Positions 17,884 through 26,483 of a DNA stretch of 64,000 nt are shown in pieces. Origin of the DNA: Candidatus Multivorans sp. (GTDB taxonomy: Bacteria > Acidobacteriota > Thermoanaerobaculia > Multivoradales > Multivoraceae); contig OZ242222.1 of assembly GCA_965206765.1 (NCBI GenBank), forward strand, positions 508,527 through 572,526, in the 5' to 3' direction. The position numbers and the translations under genes are program-made. The notes under the pieces are model-generated. The model was not told where the DNA came from, made no database searches, and saw nothing but the letters and a program-made list of their open reading frames with translations. Positions within the stretch are counted from its first letter, which is position 1, and every line of letters starts with the position of its first letter.

Positions 17884-19295
17884 AGGGGCGCGATGACGTC
17901 GGCGTAGCGCGGTGCGGAGCGCAACGGATCGAGCTCGCTGTCGCTCTCGATCCAGGAGAGATCGGGGAACCCTGCAGCGATGGCCCGCTCGAGGAAGTCG
18001 AGCCCGAGATCAACCTCATCGCAGAGGGTGGCCGCACAGGCCATGTTGTAGAGGGCCACGGGGTCTTCAGGGTCGATCTCTTCTGCCCGGCGGAGCCACC
18101 TCAGGGCCCGCTTCTTGTCTCCCTGTGCGGCGAGCCCGACGCCGCCGAAGAGGATGGCCCGCTGGTCGCCGGGGTAGCGCTCCAGGCGGCGTTCGACTCG
18201 CTCGAGGCACTGCTGTCGCCAGGCAGCCCCGCCACTGTGGTCCCCTAGACTGACGCTGATCCCAGCTGCCAGGTCGCACGGTGCGTAGGCAGTAGGATCC
18301 GCGTCGGCGGCGCGGCGGAACAGCTCCAGCGCCTCTTCGAAGCGACCGCGGCGGAAGCAGTGGCGAGCGAAGTGGTAGCTGGCCTCGAAGCTCTTGGGGT
18401 CGAGCTCGAGGGCGCGGCGGAAGTGGTGCTCGGCCTCGTCGTCGCGAGCGTAGGTGTCCAAGGCCAGGGCGCGCGCCGCGTGGGACTCTGCGACCTCCGG
18501 CGCCAGCTCGATCGCCTTGGCGCTCGCCTCTTCCGCGCTCACCCGATGGCTCTCGGAGAGCTCGTGGAAGAGGTACAGGTAGGACAAGCAGTCGGCGAGA
18601 CCGGCGTAGGCGAGGGCGTACTCGGGATCGATGTCGAGGGCCGCCTTGTAGTGTCGCCGGGCCTCGTAGTAGGTGGTCCTTCGGCCCTCCATGAACAAGG
18701 CGCGGCCCCGGAGGTAGTGGTCGTAGGCGTCGGCCGACCGCGGCTGGCGGTGTCGTGCCGCCCTCTCCAGCCGGATTCCGGCGAAGCGCACGTCCAGCGC
18801 TTCCAGCACCTCGGCGGCTATCTGCTCCTGCACCGCCAACACCTGCTGCTGCGCGCGATGCCACTGCTGCGACCAGATCCGGAAACCGCTCCCGGTGTCG
18901 GTGAGCTCGGCGGCGATGCGGAGCTCGCGCACGTCCCTGCGCACGGCGCCGGCGAGAACGTAGCTCACTCCGAGCTCCCGTCCTACCTCACGCGGATCGG
19001 AGTCGGGCTGGAACTGGAAGGACACGCCGCGGGCGGCCATGCGCAGCTCCGGCAGGCGCGCCAGGCGGTTGAGGATCTCCTCGGCGAGACCCTCGCAGAA
19101 GTAGGCTTGACTTCCTTCGGGGCTGAAGTCGGCGAAAGGCAGGACGGCGACGGCGACCGGCGCGCTGGGTGCCGAGCGGACCGCCGTCTCGGCGCCAGGC
19201 TCTGAAGGCGGGGCATCTTCGGTGAGCGGGGGACCCGTGAAGCGGAACCCGCGACCGTAGACGGTGGTGATCCAGCCGCGCTCGCCGCCGCCGCG

Positions 19296-21449
19296 GAGGG
19301 GTTCTACAACTTCACCGACCTCCCACCCGCAAACTATCGCCTGTCGGTGAATATGGACGCCTATTCCGTGCCGGCTGTCATCGAACTGACCGTTCGGGTA
19401 GGAAGCATTCAGCGGCATGACTATGCGCTCGAGCTCGGCACCGAGGTCAGCGGTGAGATCACCGTGCTCGGAGAGGCTTCGATCGTCGAGACGGTGGATT
19501 CTGCGGTCAACAAGTACATCGGCTTCGAGGAGATCCAGAATCTGCCGCTTCAAAACCGGACTTTTCTGGACGTTCTGAACATCCTGCCCGGGGTCAACAC
19601 CGGGATCGTCGGTGGCGGCCTCGAGGGGAACGGCCCCAAAAACAGCATCAGCGTTCATGGGGCGCGGATGAACCAGAACCTCTTCCTCATCGATGGCGCC
19701 TCCAACAACGACCTCAGTGACTTGAACGCCGACGATCTCGCGACGGTCGAAGTCCGCAATGGTCCCCGAACCTCGGCCGGCACCGGCCAGGCGGGGGCGA
19801 CCTTTCAAACCGGTAAGGCAATGCAGTCCTTCAACGTGGACGCCATTCAGGAGGTCCAGGTGGCGAGCTCTATGGTTTCGGCCGAGTACGGCAATGCTTC
19901 CGGCGGCGTGATCAATGTCATCACCCGCTCCGGAACCGACCAGGTGCACGCCTCGGCAACCATTCAGCGCCAGAGCGATTCACTGGTGGAATCGGGGACG
20001 ACCGTAGCCGGCGAACAGAGATCGGCCCAAGAGTTTACCCGTGACCAATTCTCGCTGGTCGTGGGTGGCCCCTTCAAGCCGGGCAAGACCCACTACTTCG
20101 CGACCTACGAGAACGACGACCACGAGCTCGGCTACGACTTCAATCAGAGCCCGCGCATTGTCTTCCGAGGCCTGGCCGGACTCGGGATTACCGCGAATCA
20201 CACCAAACGCGACCGCCTGACCGGCAAGCTGACCCACCAGCTCTCCGACTCGAGCACGTTCACGCTTTCCACCTTCTACACCGATGAGCGCGCCGATGTC
20301 ATGAACTCCATCTTCCGCGATGGCCCCGAGTTCCTGGTTCCCGAGCACTACAAGAACGACCGTTGGACGTTCAACTTGGGTGCACGCGTTGACCACAACG
20401 ACCTCGTCGACGAAGACACCTTCGAGCCACGCCTTGGTTTCGCTTTCGATCCGAAGGGCGATGGCCGCTCGGTGGTCCGCTTCGGGGCGGGGCTCTACCA
20501 CGATCGGACCAACCTCATCGGCCATGTCGGTGCTCTGCGTCCCATACGCATCCTCGCCAGGAGCTTCGGGATCAATCCCGACACCCTTGAGGCGAACCCG
20601 GGTCCGGTACCAGACGAGAGGATCGTCGATCCAAATCTCGGGTTGCCCGAGATCACGAAATTCGTGCTGGGCTACGAGCGCCAGGTCGGCGCGCGCGGCA
20701 GTATCGGCTTCCATGCCTTCTTCACCGATAGCAAGGACCTCTTTTACACCGACATAAACAACCAGCCGCTCTTCGAGCTCGACGGGGAGCGGCTCGATCC
20801 CACACGCGGAACCCTCTTCACCTACAGCAACACCGGCGATAGCGAGGTCCGCGATCTCGAGGTGCAGTACAAGCACAGCTTCGCCAACGGCTCCTCGCTG
20901 CAGGCGAGCTATACCAATCAGGACGCCGAAGGGAACTCCATCTACGACTTCCTTTCGGGCAACTCGCTCGTAGGTCGCATTGCCAATAGCCCAGAGAACC
21001 CGGAGGTCCTAACCGTCAGCGGGCCGCTCCTCAACGAGGTAGAGCACAGTGTCAAGCTCTCGGGGATCGCCAGGCTGCCATGGGGCCTGCAACTTTCGGG
21101 CTTCTTCCAGTGGCGCACCGGTACGCCCTACAGCATCTGGGACCAGGAGGGACAAGAGACTCCATCTGGCTTCTTCAGTGCGAACGCTATCGACCTCATC
21201 GGGGGCTATGACGCGGAAGATCACCCCGACTTCTACACCCTGGACCTGCGCTTGGCGAAGACGTTCACCATCAAGCAACGCCATGACCTGCTCCTCTTCC
21301 TGGATGTCTTCAACGTCAGCGACCGGGAGAACGTGCTCGAGTTCAATAGCGAGCGCAACCGCAATGGGGTGATCCGACCGAACTTTGGGACCGTGCGGAC
21401 CAAGGGACGGGGGCAGACGGCGCAGTTCGGGATCAAGTGGTCGATGTAG
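19296..21449 (+). pseudogene. 5'-truncated TonB-dependent receptor (partial carboxypeptidase-regulatory-like domain, plug, barrel)
   Basis: EGFYNFTDLPPANYRLSV (end of a CarboxypepD_reg-like domain). Plug-like ITVLGEASIVETVDSAVNKYIGFEEIQNLPLQNRTFLDVLNILPGVN. Barrel segments end in a C-terminal aromatic (FGIKWSM). No signal peptide. The first in-frame start is GTG 19347. Visibly lower GC than the flanks. Confidence 0.55.
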
Positions 21450-21452
21450 GCC

Positions 21453-21980
21453 GTGTCCAAGGCGAACGGGCCAAAGCTCGCCGGATTGGTCGCCCAACTC
21501 GACCAACTGGATAGGCTGGCCGACCTCGGGAACCTCTACCGACTGCTTGAGGAGTTGGAGGTGACCCGGGACGATCTCGGGCCTTACGCGGTCTTTGAGC
21601 CGGACCGCTACCAGCGGAATCGAATCAGCGCCTCGGACTGGTACGAGTTCGTCTGCCTGTGCTGGCTCTCCGGCCAGCGCACGCCGATCCACGACCATGC
21701 CGGCTCGAGCTGCGCCTTCCGAGTCATCGTGGGCGTTGCCACCGAGACCCGGTTCGAGCGCACCTCCTCGGGCCTCGTCTGCCCCCTGTGGACCCGACAG
21801 CACCAGCCCGGCTACGTCTGCGCCTCCGAAGAGGCCGACATCCACCAGGTCGCCAATACCCAGCCCGCTGGCGAGGAGCTCATCACTCTCCACATCTATT
21901 CGCCGCAGCCCCAGGGCTTCAACGTCTACAGCCTCGACGGACCCCCGCCCTCTGCCGACCCGGAGTCTCGTTCGGTGTAG
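21453..21980 (+). CDS. cysteine dioxygenase type I-like cupin protein
   Basis: 175 aa. The cupin metal motif region PIHDHAGSSCAFRVIVGVATE resembles the CDO family. It starts 3 nt after the TBDR stop. Confidence 0.65.
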   Translation: MSKANGPKLAGLVAQLDQLDRLADLGNLYRLLEELEVTRDDLGPYAVFEPDRYQRNRISASDWYEFVCLCWLSGQRTPIHDHAGSSCAFRVIVGVATETRFERTSSGLVCPLWTRQHQPGYVCASEEADIHQVANTQPAGEELITLHIYSPQPQGFNVYSLDGPPPSADPESRSV

Positions 21981-22026
21981 CAGGGCGAGCCAGGCTCTGC
22001 GGCGAGCTTCTCACCAGGGAGTCGGT

Positions 22027-22067
22027 GCCCTGAATGGGGCGTGTGGGTTCGAATCCCACCTCCGGCA
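22027..22067 (+). other. orphan 3' half of a Leu-type tRNA (variable arm + T-arm + 3' acceptor), att-like direct repeat
   Basis: gccctgaatggggcgtgtgggttcgaatcccacctccggca. There is no complementary GCCGGAG 5' acceptor or D-arm upstream. It has 1 mismatch to the 30-nt T-arm/acceptor block of tRNA-Leu(CAA) and 2 to that of tRNA-Leu(TAA). Confidence 0.7.
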
Positions 22068-22135
22068 CTCCGCCAAAGCCGCGCAGAAGGCCCCTGTGCG
22101 GGGAGCGGAAGAAACTGGTACTGTTCCGGTCCAGA

Positions 22136-22381
22136 ATGGATCGGACACTGGCCGAGTTGGCGGATTCTGGCGACGACCGGCTGGTCGAGATCGCGGGTGT
22201 AGTGGGAGACGGCCCGGTCAGTTGGCGTCTGCGGGAGATCGGTTTCTGCCGGGGCAGCGCGGTGCGGTTCGTTCGCCGTGCGCCGTTGGGTGATCCGGCG
22301 ATGTATGAGCTCCACGGCGCCATCCTCAGCCTGCGCCGCAGTGAGGCGAGTCGGATCCGCGTTCGGTCCCGCGGCTCATGA
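22136..22381 (+). CDS. feoA: ferrous iron transport protein A
   Basis: 81 aa starting MDRTLAELADSGDDRLVEIAG with an SH3-like FeoA pattern (RLREIGFCRGSAVRFVRRAPLGDPAMYELHGAILSLRRSEA). ATGA overlap with feoB. Confidence 0.85.
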   Translation: MDRTLAELADSGDDRLVEIAGVVGDGPVSWRLREIGFCRGSAVRFVRRAPLGDPAMYELHGAILSLRRSEASRIRVRSRGS

Positions 22382-24306
22382 CGGAGCTGGTCCGGCTGGG
22401 GCCGGCGCACGCCCCCCAGCGGCTCGCTCGTATCGCCATCCTCGGAGCACCGAACTCGGGCAAGACGACGCTGTTCAACGCCCTCACCGGGCACCGGGCG
22501 AAGGCGGGGAACTACCCGGGGGTTACGGTCGACCGGCGCGAAGGCGAGCTGCAGGGCCGGTTCACGAAAGAGTCCACACGCTTGATCGACCTTCCGGGCG
22601 TGTACAGCCTGGAGCCGCAGTCGGAGGACGAAGCCGTAGCGGCTCGTGTGCTGCGGGGCGAGTTCGGCGAGCCGCCGCCCGACGGCATGGTTGTCGTCCT
22701 GGACGCTACGACGATCGAACGCGCTCTGCCCCTCGTGGCGGAGGCGGCGAGCCTGGGCCTGCCTCTCTTTGTCGTTCTGACCATGATCGACGAGCTGAAG
22801 GCGCGGCATGGCGAGATCGACGTAGCTGCCCTCGAGGCCGAGCTCGGCGTTCCTGTGCTCGGCGTGGTCGGCAATCGCGGCCTCGGCGTCGACGATCTCG
22901 GCGCCCTGCTGGCCTCCTCCCGGGACTGGACCCCGTCGCCGGCCCTCAAGGAGGTCGCGGCGGCGCACACACCGGAGGAGAGGTTCGATTGGACGTACGG
23001 GGTGCTGGAGCGATGCCGCCGCGAGACTCCGCGACCGGATCGCTGGACCCGGAGACTGGACCGGTTTCTGCTCCATCCGGTGCTCGGGCCGGCGGTCTTT
23101 CTCACCTTCGTCGCCCTCTTCTTCCAGGCGATCTTCACCTGGGCCACGCCCGCGATGGACCTGCTGTCGGGGCTGATGGACGGCCTCGCCGCCCGGTTGC
23201 TCACCGCTCTGCCGGACACGTTGCTGACGCGACTGCTCGCGGACGGCGTAGTTCGGGGCGTCGGGGCGGTGATCGTCTTCCTGCCCCAGATCGTCCTGCT
23301 GTTCACCGTCATCCTGTTTCTCGAAGGTTGCGGATACATGGCGCGGGCAGCCTTCGTCGTGGACCGGCTGATGGGCTGGGTGGGTCTCGAGGGGCGCTGT
23401 TTTCTGGCCCTGCTTTCCTCGTACGCCTGTGCAGTTCCCGGCATCATGGCGACCCGGACGATCCCCTCGGAACGGGATCGGCTGACCACGATCCTGGTGG
23501 CGCCGTTCGCCACCTGCTCGGCTCGGCTGCCGGTGTACACGCTGCTGATCGCGGCTTTCATTCCCGCCGATCCGGTGTTCGGGCCGTTCACCTGGCAGGG
23601 CCTGACCCTGGGCGGCCTCTACCTCCTGGGAACGGCAGCGGCACTGGTCTCGGCGGCGGTCCTCAAGCGCGGCTTGAGACGCGGCGCGTCGGTGCCGTTC
23701 TACCTGGAGTTGCCGCCGTTCCGCCTGCCGCGGCCGAGCGACATCGCGCTGGGCGTCTGGGACCGCGCGCGCATGTTCCTGCGCCGCGCGGGCACGATCA
23801 TCCTCGGCGTCAGTATCGTGCTCTGGTTCCTGCTCAACCTGCCGCGGCGCGACGCCGACCCGCAGCTCAGCGACGCGGCCAACCAGCAGGCCATCCTGGA
23901 GGGCAGCTACGGGGCCTCCGTGGGCAGGTTCCTGGAACCGGTGTTCGCGCCCATGGACTTCGACTGGCGGATCAACGTGGGTCTGGTCGCGTCTCAGGCC
24001 GCCCGCGAGGTGATGGTTGCCACGTTGGCGCAGATCTACGCCCACGAAGGCGAGGACGGCGAGGGCCTTGGCGGCGTCCTCGCCGGTGGCGGCGAGCGCG
24101 AGGGAGCGCCGGTGCTGTCCCGTGCGTCGGCTCTTGCGCTGCTCGTCTACTTCGCGCTCGCCATGCAGTGCATGTCGACCCTGGCCGTGATCCGTCGCGA
24201 GACGGGGAAGTGGCGGTGGCCGGCCTTCACCTTCGTCTACATGACCGGCCTGGGCTGGCTGGGGGCCTGGGCCACGTTCCTGATCGCCACGGCGGCCGGA
24301 GCTTGA
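22378..24306 (+). CDS. feoB: ferrous iron transporter B
   Basis: N-terminal G-domain (GAPNSGKTTLFNALTG, DLPGVYSL) followed by a polytopic membrane domain; 642 aa. Confidence 0.9.
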   Translation: MTELVRLGPAHAPQRLARIAILGAPNSGKTTLFNALTGHRAKAGNYPGVTVDRREGELQGRFTKESTRLIDLPGVYSLEPQSEDEAVAARVLRGEFGEPPPDGMVVVLDATTIERALPLVAEAASLGLPLFVVLTMIDELKARHGEIDVAALEAELGVPVLGVVGNRGLGVDDLGALLASSRDWTPSPALKEVAAAHTPEERFDWTYGVLERCRRETPRPDRWTRRLDRFLLHPVLGPAVFLTFVALFFQAIFTWATPAMDLLSGLMDGLAARLLTALPDTLLTRLLADGVVRGVGAVIVFLPQIVLLFTVILFLEGCGYMARAAFVVDRLMGWVGLEGRCFLALLSSYACAVPGIMATRTIPSERDRLTTILVAPFATCSARLPVYTLLIAAFIPADPVFGPFTWQGLTLGGLYLLGTAAALVSAAVLKRGLRRGASVPFYLELPPFRLPRPSDIALGVWDRARMFLRRAGTIILGVSIVLWFLLNLPRRDADPQLSDAANQQAILEGSYGASVGRFLEPVFAPMDFDWRINVGLVASQAAREVMVATLAQIYAHEGEDGEGLGGVLAGGGEREGAPVLSRASALALLVYFALAMQCMSTLAVIRRETGKWRWPAFTFVYMTGLGWLGAWATFLIATAAGA

Positions 24307-24370
24307 CGAATGCCGCGGGGAGCTTCCGGCGCCCGCCGGCGGCAAGGCTCGACGGGGCCGGCGATCAGGA

Positions 24371-25153
24371 TCAGGAGCCGGTGAAGCGCGGCAGGCGGCG
24401 CTCCGTCATCGCCCGCACACCCTCGGCGAAGTCCGCGGTCTGCCGCAGCCGGTCCTGCTCGGCCTTCTCGTGGTCGGTGGCCGCGCGGATCTCGGCGGCG
24501 AGCCGGCCGCGGAGGGTCTCGCGGATCGAGCGCACGGCGAGAGGCGCCGAGGCCGCGATCTCTCCGGCGAGTGCCCGCGCCCGTGCCCGCACTTGGTCGC
24601 GGGGAACGAGTTCGTCGCAGAGACCGATCCGGAACGCCTCTTCGCCCCTGACCCGGCGACCGGTGTAGAGCATCTCCATCGCCCGCTGGCGACCGACCAG
24701 GCGGGGGAGGGTGACGGTCAACCCGAAGCCCTGGATGAAGCCCAGGCGGGCGAAGTTCGCGGCGAACCGGGCTTCGGCGCAGGCGACGCGGAAGTCCGGC
24801 ATCAGGGCCAGCCCGAGACCGCCGCCGATGGCCGCGCCCTGGATGGCGGCGACGACCGGGGTCCGGGTCTCGAACAGGCGCACGGCTTCGTCGTACAGGT
24901 GGCGCTGCGGGGTTCCGGTCGCCGGACGCGAAGAGTTCAAGTTCGCGCCCGCACAGAAGTGCTTGCCCTCGGAACAGAGCACCACGGCGCGGCAGTCGCT
25001 CCGCTCGTCGAGTTCCTCGATCGCAGCCGCAAGTGCGGCAATCAGGTCCTGGTCGAAGAAGTTGTTCGGCGGCCGGTGGACTTCGACCTCCGCGACCAGA
25101 TCGTCGCCGACCACAACCGTCACTTCGCCGTTCCCGGCAGCGCTACCGCTCAT
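24371..25153 (-). CDS. enoyl-CoA hydratase/isomerase family protein
   Basis: 260 aa from ATG 25153. Crotonase motifs VVLCSEGKHFCAGANL and AIQGAAIGGGLGLALMPDFRV. Confidence 0.85.
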   Translation of the reverse strand: MSGSAAGNGEVTVVVGDDLVAEVEVHRPPNNFFDQDLIAALAAAIEELDERSDCRAVVLCSEGKHFCAGANLNSSRPATGTPQRHLYDEAVRLFETRTPVVAAIQGAAIGGGLGLALMPDFRVACAEARFAANFARLGFIQGFGLTVTLPRLVGRQRAMEMLYTGRRVRGEEAFRIGLCDELVPRDQVRARARALAGEIAASAPLAVRSIRETLRGRLAAEIRAATDHEKAEQDRLRQTADFAEGVRAMTERRLPRFTGS

Positions 25154-25194
25154 TCGTCTCCTCGCTTTCCGGTCGTGTTTCCGAGCCCGCGACC

Positions 25195-26352
25195 TTATCT
25201 GCCTGGAACCGGTGCGGCGGTACCCTGACCGCGGTAGTCGCCGAACAGCATCTCGACGCCGAAGCGCAGGATCGGAACCGAATCCCTCGGCTCGCCCCGC
25301 ACGTCTCGCCGCCAGGCCATGCCGGGACCGATCTCGAGGAAGAGCCACTCGCGGAGGATCTGCTGGCGGTAGATCATGCGCACGAAGTAGTTCTCGATCA
25401 GAACCGGTGCGTCGGTTTCGCCGTTGGCGCCGACCTGGTGGGCGAGGGCGCGGCGGCGGCCCAGACGGTGGTAGTAGCTCAACTCGGTGAACCAGTCGGC
25501 GCCCTGCGTGATGCCGGAGATCTTTCCGGCCCCGCGCCAGCGCATCATCGAACCGCCCGTGAAGGCGTGTTCGTAGTCGATCCGGGTCGAGAGGCCCCAA
25601 CCGTCGTCCCGTTCCCAGAACAGGGCGTGGCGGAATCGCACGAGGTCGGTGTCCGAGAGGAAGGTCCGGTGCTTGTAGCGGGCGCGGGCAAAGGGCTCGA
25701 TCGGAAACTTGAAGTTCATGCCGACATCGAAGTCGAGGTCCCCGCCGAGGCCCGAGATCGGCCGGTAGCCCAGTCCCACCAGCCACTCGTCGTCGGTGGG
25801 ATCGAACATGCCCGGCAGGGACGTGGCGCCGCGGCGCTGGGCGTCCTCCAGTAGGTCTTCCCGGTCGTCGCGGCCGACGAAGGCGTTGAGGCGCCGCTCC
25901 ATGTTCGGGAAGTGCAGGCGGGCGCGAAAGTTCAGATCGTCCTCGAAGCCGTACTGCTCGTCCCAGATCACGCCCACCAGGGCCCGGCCGTGCGTTGCTT
26001 CGAGTTCCTCGTCCAGCCGGTAGTCGCCGAACAGGTGGTCGAACCACAGGGCCGTCTCACAGGCCGTCCGGTGGAGGCGCAGGTTGAGCCAGTCGAGCCA
26101 GGATCGGCCCTGCAGGTACTCGGACGCGCACGGGTCGAGCTCCTCGCCCGCGACCTCCTCGCCCGCAGCCTCGTCGTCGTCGGCGCCGTCGATCCCGGCT
26201 TTGTCCGTGGAGAGGGGCGCCTGCCGGGGGGCGGGTTCGCGGTCCACTTCCTGGCCTGAGACAGGAGTGGTCGCGAGGATGCAGGCACAGAGACCTGCCC
26301 AGACCACACCTGGCCAACCGCGCAAGGGGTGCTGCGAGTGTCTTGCCAACAT
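25195..26352 (-). CDS. hypothetical secreted/outer-membrane protein with an acidic N-terminal region
   Basis: Signal-like VVWAGLCACILATTPVSGQ, then the acidic stretch GADDDEAAGEEVAGEELD. The remainder alternates aromatic and charged residues and ends with an aromatic-rich C-terminus (VEMLFGDY). I recognise no family. It lies 41 nt upstream of the hydratase gene. Confidence 0.5.
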   Translation of the reverse strand: MLARHSQHPLRGWPGVVWAGLCACILATTPVSGQEVDREPAPRQAPLSTDKAGIDGADDDEAAGEEVAGEELDPCASEYLQGRSWLDWLNLRLHRTACETALWFDHLFGDYRLDEELEATHGRALVGVIWDEQYGFEDDLNFRARLHFPNMERRLNAFVGRDDREDLLEDAQRRGATSLPGMFDPTDDEWLVGLGYRPISGLGGDLDFDVGMNFKFPIEPFARARYKHRTFLSDTDLVRFRHALFWERDDGWGLSTRIDYEHAFTGGSMMRWRGAGKISGITQGADWFTELSYYHRLGRRRALAHQVGANGETDAPVLIENYFVRMIYRQQILREWLFLEIGPGMAWRRDVRGEPRDSVPILRFGVEMLFGDYRGQGTAAPVPGR

Positions 26353-26483
26353 GGGTTCAGGGGCTGTGCCACCGACTCACGACCCGACCGCCGGCACCCT
26401 CCCATCTTCGCACGCCGACCCGGAAATCCGCAGCCGCGGATTCCGCACCCGGAGGCGCGTGACGGCGCTAGGCTAGGGGGGTC

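Larger units (their letters stand above)
17460..19295 (-). pseudogene. 5'-truncated CadC/OmpR-type winged-helix + TolB-N-like + TPR regulator (fragment/probable pseudogene)
   Basis: Only the last wing of a winged-helix domain remains (GERGWITTVYGRGFRF). It is followed by VAVLPFADFSPEGSQAYFCEGLAEEILNRL (TolB-N-like) and multiple TPRs. After the (TC)11 repeat the frame runs antisense through tRNA-Leu and tRNA-Cys to 17460, which is probably not a real C-terminus. The upstream part of the 829-aa track ORF is antisense to the TBDR. Confidence 0.55.

Noticed and set aside
19296-19949. N-terminal 218 residues of the 829-aa minus-strand track ORF (17460-19949)
   Set aside because: This part is simply the antisense of the TonB-dependent receptor fragment. 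Similarity to the regulator family starts only at ~19295.
22068-22135. Fur box upstream of feoA
   Set aside because: There is no AT-rich GATAAT-type repeat. Only a weak imperfect inverted repeat (ggaaga..tgttcc) is present, which is not convincing.
21919-24345. 808-aa minus-strand ORF antisense to feoB. Similar cases are 33271-35898 (anti-priA), 46020-48392, 44140-46305 (anti-ptsI), 25968-27821 (anti-dnaB), 15292-17007 (anti-cysS), 36732-38075, 11241-13388 (+) and 2382-3737.
   Set aside because: Each overlaps, on the opposite strand or in another frame, a gene with clear family motifs. Their own translations are low-complexity R/P/G/A-rich. I have no independent evidence for them.
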